From Patescibacteria group bacterium (GTDB lineage Bacteria > Patescibacteriota > Gracilibacteria > UBA1369 > PNNO01): a DNA stretch of 64,000 bases. The notes beneath the pieces are model-generated. The model was given only the letters and a program-made list of their open reading frames with translations. It was not told the DNA's origin and made no database searches. The translations under genes and the position numbers were made by a program. Of the stretch, positions 58,102-64,000 are shown piece after piece. The stretch's first letter is position 1, and each line of letters begins with the position of its first letter. The DNA lies in the NCBI GenBank assembly GCA_042568575.1, contig JBHPIO010000003.1:1-64000 (forward strand), given 5' to 3'.

Positions 58102-59580
58102 ATGAAAAGCATTTCTTTGAAAATATTTTGCTGCTTCTTCCTGGCGGGTGTGTTTCTTTATTCGACAATAGAAATATCTGCCTCGGTATTTTTTGTGATT
58201 CTGACTTGGAGTGTTTTCTTATGCTTCACCAAAAACAAAAAGCTGTTTTTTGTTGCGATTGCTGTTCTTGCGCTTTCAATCGGTTATTTAAGGGCTTTGT
58301 ATAATATCCCACAAGCACATGAAGGATTGATATCTTTCTACCATAACGAGAATCTTTTGCACATTTTTCAGGGAGAGATAGTTGCAAATCCAGATCGAAG
58401 AAGGGAGAAAGTTAACTATATCGTGGAGGCGCAAAGGATTTCTATTGATGGTCAATGGCGCGAAATCGATGGGCGTGTTTTGATTTCAAGCGATTTGTAT
58501 CCTGAATATAATTATGGTGATACTGTTGAGATATCTGGTTACATCATTGAGCCGGCGGAGTTTGATACGTTTTCTTATAAAGATTATTTGACGTTGTATT
58601 CGGTTTATTCGGTTATGTATCGACCGAGAATAAAACTTGTTGGTGAAGGCGGCGGTTCTTTGTTTTTTGCCTCTCTTTTTTCTTTAAAAGATGGATTTGA
58701 AGATAGATTGAATAAGCTTTATCCTGAGCCAATGGCGAGTTTTGAGGCGGGACTTTTAACAGGTTCAAGAAAGGGGATTCCTGATGATTTACTGAAAAGC
58801 TTCAACCTTACCGGGCTAACTCATATTATTGCGATTTCTGGGTATAATATCTCGCTTATCATTATCTTGATTTCATCTTTGCTCAAGAAGTTTTCGAGGA
58901 ATGTGAAAATCCCGATTGTGATAGTTTTTATTATTGTTTTTACTTTGTTTGTAGGGGCTTCGGCGGCTGTAGTAAGGGCTTCAATAATGGGAGTGATTGC
59001 GGTTTTGGCTTTGTGGTTTGGGCGGCAATCTCAAATTATAAGCGCTTTATTGTTGTCGGCGCTTGTCATGGTTTTTTGGAATCCACCCACACTTCTTTAC
59101 GATGTTGGTTTTCAACTTTCCTTTTTGGCGACGCTGGGATTGATTGTGAGTGGGAATTTTTTGCAGCGAATCTTTGCTTTTCTGCCTGCATCTTTTGGCT
59201 TTCAGGAAGCCTTTGCAATGACTTTGAGTGCGCAGGTGTTCGCACTACCTGTAATTCTCCTAAACTTTCAAAGGTTTTCACTAATTTCGCCAGTTGCGAA
59301 TGTCTTTGTTGTTCCGCTGATTCCGTTAGCAATGCTTTTTGGATTTATATCTGTCGTGCTCAGTATGGTTCATTTTTCTTTGGGATTTGTTTTTACTTTT
59401 CCTGCATGGTTTGTACTTAAAATATGTGTTTTAATAACACACTTTTTGGCAAACTTACCATTTGCATCTATGGAGACGCCATGGTTTTCGGTGTGGTTTC
59501 TTGTTGGATATTACCTCCTATTCATACTGCTTACCTATTTCGTATACCCATATTTTCGAAATGTTCTCAGGAGGGATTGA
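58102..59580 (+). CDS. comEC: ComEC/Rec2 competence protein (no beta-lactamase-like domain)
   Basis: GLTHIIAISGYN, AVVRASIM, DVGFQLSFLAT. Confidence 0.93.
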   Translation: MKSISLKIFCCFFLAGVFLYSTIEISASVFFVILTWSVFLCFTKNKKLFFVAIAVLALSIGYLRALYNIPQAHEGLISFYHNENLLHIFQGEIVANPDRRREKVNYIVEAQRISIDGQWREIDGRVLISSDLYPEYNYGDTVEISGYIIEPAEFDTFSYKDYLTLYSVYSVMYRPRIKLVGEGGGSLFFASLFSLKDGFEDRLNKLYPEPMASFEAGLLTGSRKGIPDDLLKSFNLTGLTHIIAISGYNISLIIILISSLLKKFSRNVKIPIVIVFIIVFTLFVGASAAVVRASIMGVIAVLALWFGRQSQIISALLLSALVMVFWNPPTLLYDVGFQLSFLATLGLIVSGNFLQRIFAFLPASFGFQEAFAMTLSAQVFALPVILLNFQRFSLISPVANVFVVPLIPLAMLFGFISVVLSMVHFSLGFVFTFPAWFVLKICVLITHFLANLPFASMETPWFSVWFLVGYYLLFILLTYFVYPYFRNVLRRD

Positions 59581-60123
59581 TGGCTCGATGTGAACGGGAT
59601 TCCATCCTTCTATGTGGAATGCGTATGAGATGATTTTTGCGCCTTTTTTGAGGTCTTTTTCGAATTTTGGGATGAATTTACGGAGAGTGTCTGGGAGCAT
59701 GTAGCAGACGATATAGTCTGTTCCTTCCAGGTTGCACAGTCTAAAGTCGCCAAATTTGATTTTTGCTTTTGATCGCCAGAATAATTGTCTGATTTTTGCT
59801 AGAAAGTACACTAGGGGTGAAAGTTCGTATCCAGTCGCTTTTGCTCCGTGTTTATTTGCAGCAAGATATGCGAGGCGTCCATCGCCGCATCCAATATCTA
59901 CTACGTTATCGTCTTTTTTGATTCCGGCAACTCTCATCATTCTTTTGCAGGCTTTCATTGGGGTTGGAACGAATGGTGCTCCGCCAATAAGTGCGACCAT
60001 TGTTGGAACCAACAGAAATAGGAACGAGAGTAGCATGAAAAGGTCTGGCATTCGTGGACTTGAGATTGCCATTACCCCGAACATGATACCGAGAATTACT
60101 GAGAAACTAAAGAAATCTAGCAT
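59518..60123 (-). CDS. Membrane-anchored class I SAM methyltransferase
   Basis: GAPFVPT, DIGCGDGR, GYELSP. Confidence 0.88.
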   Translation of the reverse strand: MLDFFSFSVILGIMFGVMAISSPRMPDLFMLLSFLFLLVPTMVALIGGAPFVPTPMKACKRMMRVAGIKKDDNVVDIGCGDGRLAYLAANKHGAKATGYELSPLVYFLAKIRQLFWRSKAKIKFGDFRLCNLEGTDYIVCYMLPDTLRKFIPKFEKDLKKGAKIISYAFHIEGWNPVHIEPSIPPENISKIWVYEIGKQYE

Positions 60124-60124
60124 T

Positions 60125-60649
60125 TTATATTTTGTATAAATAAAGTGTTGGTGTTTTTTCTTTTGGATTTTTCTTGATGACTCTTTGTGGTTTGAGTCCT
60201 TGGATTTTGAATGTATTGCTCACGATTCGTGTTCCTTTTTTACATTCCTTTTTGAGTTTTTTTGCGAGTCTTTTAAGTTCATGTGGCATTAGGTAGCAGA
60301 AAATAACATCTGCTTTATCCAGTTTTTCTTTAAAGAAGTTTTTGAAATGGATTTTAGCCTTGGAACCATTCATTAATTTACGAATAATAGCCAAAATATA
60401 GACTAATGGCGCAATTTCGTATCCAACAGCATTAATTTTTCTTCTTTTTTCCGCTTCAATAAGCATTCTGGCGTCGCCACATCCAAGATCCATGAATGTT
60501 TCCCCTTTTTTTAGAGAAATTTCGTCAAGAACCTTATCCATAACATTCTTTTTGGTTGGAACATAAGGCACGCGCAAGACTATTCCTACAAGTGCGGTTG
60601 CTGTAAGTAAGAATACGAAGATCAAAAATATGAGTAGTATGATGTCCAT
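60125..60649 (-). CDS. Membrane-anchored class I SAM methyltransferase (paralog)
   Basis: VPYVPT, DLGCGDAR, GYEIAP, VSNTF. Confidence 0.88.
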   Translation of the reverse strand: MDIILLIFLIFVFLLTATALVGIVLRVPYVPTKKNVMDKVLDEISLKKGETFMDLGCGDARMLIEAEKRRKINAVGYEIAPLVYILAIIRKLMNGSKAKIHFKNFFKEKLDKADVIFCYLMPHELKRLAKKLKKECKKGTRIVSNTFKIQGLKPQRVIKKNPKEKTPTLYLYKI

Positions 60650-60722
60650 TTATTTGTTTTAAATTCATACCATTTTAGCACAAATATGGCATAATATAAA
60701 TGCATGATTTAACTTTTTACCT

Positions 60723-61058
60723 ATGATCGACTCATATAAGTTTGGATCCATTGAAATCGATGGGCAAAGATATCGTCACGATGTGATTGTTTACAAAGAT
60801 GAAGTAAGTGAATGGTGGCGTGAATCTGGCCATAATGTGACCATTGGAGATTTAAGTGAGGTTCCTCCAAAGATTGATATTTTTGTTATGGGAAATGGAG
60901 CCAGCAGCAGGTGTGCTTTTCCAGACGAGACAAAAGAGTATTTGGAGAAAAAGGGGATAGAGGTAATTGTGGAAAAAACTGGAGATGCTTTTAAGACGTA
61001 CAATAAGCTCGCCAAAGAAGGGAAAAATGTGGCTGGAGGATTTCATTTGACGTGCTAG
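60723..61058 (+). CDS. Mth938-like domain protein
   Basis: IDSYKFGSIEIDG...MGNG...TGDAFKTYN...GFHLTC. Confidence 0.88.
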   Translation: MIDSYKFGSIEIDGQRYRHDVIVYKDEVSEWWRESGHNVTIGDLSEVPPKIDIFVMGNGASSRCAFPDETKEYLEKKGIEVIVEKTGDAFKTYNKLAKEGKNVAGGFHLTC

Positions 61059-61063
61059 GGTGA

Positions 61064-63328
61064 TCAAGCCCTAATCCGTCTCTTCTTAACACCTTTTCCA
61101 ACAACTTTCTTTGCTGCCTGGGCAATTTCTTCTTCGCGCTTCTTTTCTGAGATGCCTTTTTTTGGTTTAAGTATACCTTTTGAACGTTTTTCAAGTTCTC
61201 TTTTGGCAAGTGCTTCGCGTTTATCAATGTCATCACGGACTTTATTGTGGTCGGATCTTGTGCCCCTAGATTCGTCTACAAATTGGGCGGGAAGATGATC
61301 GTCGTGTCCCAATTCTTGTAAGGCTCTTTTTGCATTGTGAACTTGTCCAACTTCGTTTCCGAATTTAAGTACATCGAATTTTTGATTTTCTTTAACTTGC
61401 TTTTTCTCATTTATTCCAAGTTTACCGCCAGATTGTTTAACTAATTCTTCGTGAAGAGCTTTTTCGTCTGCAGATAAATGAGTTGTCTGTTTTGTGACGT
61501 CCTCTTGTCCTGCATGTTTGTGGGCTTTTCTTTCACTATCTGCAAAAACTTCTCTAACAATAGCAATTTTTTCCAGTTCTGCTTTCATACTTTCGCTTTT
61601 TGCTATGTTCTCAAGTGCTTCCAGAATATCTGGATCTTCAGTTGTTCCTTGTGCCTCAAGAAGCATTGTTAACTCTTCTTGTTTCTTTTTACTTAGTGCG
61701 TTTTGAGGATCGCCTTCCAGCACAGTTTCATGCATTGCAAGCGCCTCCTGCAGCTTGCCAATTTCCTCGTAAATCTTAGCCTTAGACTGCAAACTAGTAA
61801 TCATCCTTTCGCTTCTTTCCTCGTCGGCGCTCTCCTTTCCCTGCTTTTTTTCAACTTTTGCTGTATCTTTTTTCTCGGTCTTTTCTGCGATTAACTCGTC
61901 ATTGTAATCGTTAGCAGCATTAAACAATTTAAGCCGTTCCCTATAACCTTCTTTATAAAATTTTGAGAACTTTGTTTGCGCTTTTGGATCAAGATTTTCG
62001 AAATCATCAAGAAGATTCTTTCTTGGGAGAATCATAGACGCAAATCCACCAATTTCCCTTGTTCTTCCTTTAAAATCAGTGCCGTGTTTGTAATACTCAA
62101 ACATATCTGCTCTTGTTTGCGGACCAATGACTCTGTTTTTTTCATAGTAATCAAGAAGCTTCACCGCACGTTTCATTAACTTTTCTTCTCGCTTCATTTG
62201 TTTAATCATTTCCTTTTTCTTGTCGATTGAACAATTTTCCCATTTACGCACTGTGTGTGGTTCAAGATCTAGAACATCATCGGAAAATCCTTTGTATTCA
62301 TTAGTCAATTTCTCGTCTTCCTTAAGCATTTCTCCGCTTTCCAGCTTTTTAAGAAGCTTGGCTTTTAGTTGCAAAGGGGCTTGTTTGAAAAACTTCTTAG
62401 TTGCGTCCTTACTTTCTTTAGACCACGTTGTTGATTTAACCGCCTCAACTTCTCTGTCAAAATCCCGTTCGAGTTGCCTGTTTAGATTTTCAAAGAACTT
62501 GACCTTATCACGTCGACGTAGCTCTTTAAAGCTGCTATCTTGGAATTCTTTTGGTAAAGTTTTAAACTTTTCGGTGAGTGCTTCGCGAGGTTTCAGAGTT
62601 TCTTCTTTATATACCGCAATCCATTCATCCAGCTTTTCAGGCGTTAAGTCACGAAGCTGCTTTTTAAACTTTCCAATAGATTCTTTGCTAAAATGCTTTG
62701 CGTCACGATCAAGCCAGCTTTCATATAGATTGATTCTTTTATCGCATTCTCGAAGCTCTTCAAGGCGATCACGCATTTCGTGACGTCTCCATTTTGTAAC
62801 TTCTTTTGCGAGATCAGGACGTAATTTAACGATTTCTTTTCGTAGTTCGACTCTTTCGCGGATTTCGTCTGTTAACTTGCGTTCTGCTCTTGCTTGATCC
62901 CACTCTGCGGTTATGTCTTCCTCTGGTAGTTCTTTAAACCATTCAATGTATTCCTTAGCACTATCTTCCGTGAAGGCCTCTTTTACATTGCCCATCACTC
63001 GTTGAGTATAATTATCAACACGGTTGCGTATCCTGTTTTGTTGGCCTTCCAGCTGTCTTTCCAGCGCCGCCAGTTCATTTGGTGATAAAGATTCACTGTG
63101 CATGAGATTTTCCAATTTGTCCTCCCATTTTTTTTGTTCTTTTTTGTTTAAAACACCTCCTTCTGCGAGTCTTCTTCTAAAAACCGCGCTGCGTTGGAGG
63201 ATATCCTGTGTTTCAGTCACGTCATTTCTTCTATTTGCTAAATTTTCAACTGCACCTTCACGATCTTCTCTATCTTTAGGGGCTCTTTCATTAAATACTA
63301 ATCGTCTTTCGGCAAAAAAATCATGCAT
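61064..63328 (-). CDS. Large helical hypothetical protein with internal repeats and one TPR-like motif
   Basis: 754-aa ORF; repeated [FW]S.ES..... units; AKIYEEIGKLQEALAMHETVLEGDPQN. Confidence 0.8.
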   Translation of the reverse strand: MHDFFAERRLVFNERAPKDREDREGAVENLANRRNDVTETQDILQRSAVFRRRLAEGGVLNKKEQKKWEDKLENLMHSESLSPNELAALERQLEGQQNRIRNRVDNYTQRVMGNVKEAFTEDSAKEYIEWFKELPEEDITAEWDQARAERKLTDEIRERVELRKEIVKLRPDLAKEVTKWRRHEMRDRLEELRECDKRINLYESWLDRDAKHFSKESIGKFKKQLRDLTPEKLDEWIAVYKEETLKPREALTEKFKTLPKEFQDSSFKELRRRDKVKFFENLNRQLERDFDREVEAVKSTTWSKESKDATKKFFKQAPLQLKAKLLKKLESGEMLKEDEKLTNEYKGFSDDVLDLEPHTVRKWENCSIDKKKEMIKQMKREEKLMKRAVKLLDYYEKNRVIGPQTRADMFEYYKHGTDFKGRTREIGGFASMILPRKNLLDDFENLDPKAQTKFSKFYKEGYRERLKLFNAANDYNDELIAEKTEKKDTAKVEKKQGKESADEERSERMITSLQSKAKIYEEIGKLQEALAMHETVLEGDPQNALSKKKQEELTMLLEAQGTTEDPDILEALENIAKSESMKAELEKIAIVREVFADSERKAHKHAGQEDVTKQTTHLSADEKALHEELVKQSGGKLGINEKKQVKENQKFDVLKFGNEVGQVHNAKRALQELGHDDHLPAQFVDESRGTRSDHNKVRDDIDKREALAKRELEKRSKGILKPKKGISEKKREEEIAQAAKKVVGKGVKKRRIRA

Positions 63329-63354
63329 GCTTTACTAAATTAGGGGCTTCATTG

Positions 63355-64000
63355 TTACACAGAGCAAGCGGAAAATCCACATGAAAGACAAAGCATGCAA
63401 CCTTCTGCAATTTGGAGCTGAGTTTTGCATTCAGGGCAAGCTTTGCTGTCCATAATTTCGTGCTTTGTGAGTACAGCTGTTTTAGTCCGTGTCTTCATTT
63501 CAGGTTGCATAGCAGCCTCTGTAGCAACACTTACGCCACCACCAACATGTTTATGTTCTCTTTGTGGTTGAATCGGAGGAAGTGTGAACTCTTCAGCTGG
63601 TGTACTAGCTGCCTCCATCCTTATAGATTGTTCATTTGTTGTTTTAGGTTCGTTATCATCAAGCGGGATCTGGTGTTGTCTTTCTGCTGTCTGTGGCATT
63701 TCTGGTAGAGCAACCTCCTGCGCTTGAACTTTTGGAGTTTCCGGTGTTGGTTCAGGGGTTGGAGCTGCAGGTTTTTCTGCTGCAGGAGCAGGAGCAGGAG
63801 CAGGCGTAGGAGCTCTTTCAGTTTTCGCTTTCTTATTAACCTTTCCGATGTTTAAAACTTGTCCTTCACGACTCTTATCTCTGTAAATTGTCACACCTTT
63901 ACATTTTAATTTGTAAGCAAGCATGTACGAGTCCTCAATATCTTTCATTGTAGCTTCTGTAGGGAAGTTGATAGTTTTTGATACTGATGAATCAACATGT
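63355..64000 (-). CDS. nrdJ: Class II (B12-dependent) ribonucleotide reductase, C-terminal part (partial)
   Basis: Frame open to the window end: [13 protein letters not shown]...[16 protein letters not shown], a Pro-rich linker and a C-terminal CPEC..EGC..C..CGFSAC zinc ribbon. Confidence 0.88.
   Translation of the reverse strand, partial: HVDSSVSKTINFPTEATMKDIEDSYMLAYKLKCKGVTIYRDKSREGQVLNIGKVNKKAKTERAPTPAPAPAPAAEKPAAPTPEPTPETPKVQAQEVALPEMPQTAERQHQIPLDDNEPKTTNEQSIRMEAASTPAEEFTLPPIQPQREHKHVGGGVSVATEAAMQPEMKTRTKTAVLTKHEIMDSKACPECKTQLQIAEGCMLCLSCGFSACSV

Noticed and set aside
63778-63806. GCAGGA tandem repeat as a contingency (phase-variation) locus
   Set aside because: It is an in-frame 6-bp unit encoding a Pro-Ala linker in NrdJ; slippage would not shift the frame.
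1-64000. Alternative genetic code (UGA=Gly, as in Gracilibacteria/Absconditabacteria)
   Set aside because: All long conserved genes are intact under code 11, and TGA acts as a plausible stop (ftsL, comEC).
1-64000. CRISPR array, tRNA/rRNA, prophage, integron or IS element
   Set aside because: I saw no regularly spaced repeats, cloverleaf or rRNA-like sequence, integrase or transposase motifs, or terminal inverted repeats. A manual read could miss a very degenerate element.

Overview
This is a low-GC bacterial chromosome segment that reads cleanly in genetic code 11. Gene content and style (SLH and CAP surface proteins, short HrcA, mostly SD-less starts, many orphans) suggest a Patescibacteria/CPR organism, Peregrinibacteria-like; this placement is inference. 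Core loci are rpoB-ssb-(Ca/Na antiporter)-rpoC-rpsL-rpsG, serS, hrcA-grpE..dnaK with two CIRCE operators, gap, tsaC, rsmH-ftsL, fba-fbp, an ECF sigma/FecR pair, mraY-dac-rluB-LCP, comEC and the 3' end of a class II RNR. I found no rRNA, tRNA, CRISPR array, integrase or transposase. The most striking unexplained pattern is four dispersed, GC-richer orphan cassettes (19.5, 30.1, 39.8 and 56.0 kb). They share a TTGACA-N16-TAnnnT promoter, a structured leader (three with a boxA-like motif), a hairpin followed by a strong Shine-Dalgarno, and a structured 3' UTR, one of which is a clean H-type pseudoknot. Other notable items are a histone-H1-like N-terminal tail on RpoB, an uncalled His/Cys micro-protein under a duplicated ArsR operator, a candidate ECF regulon, a ChpT-like pseudokinase, and phased DnaA boxes before rsmH-ftsL.
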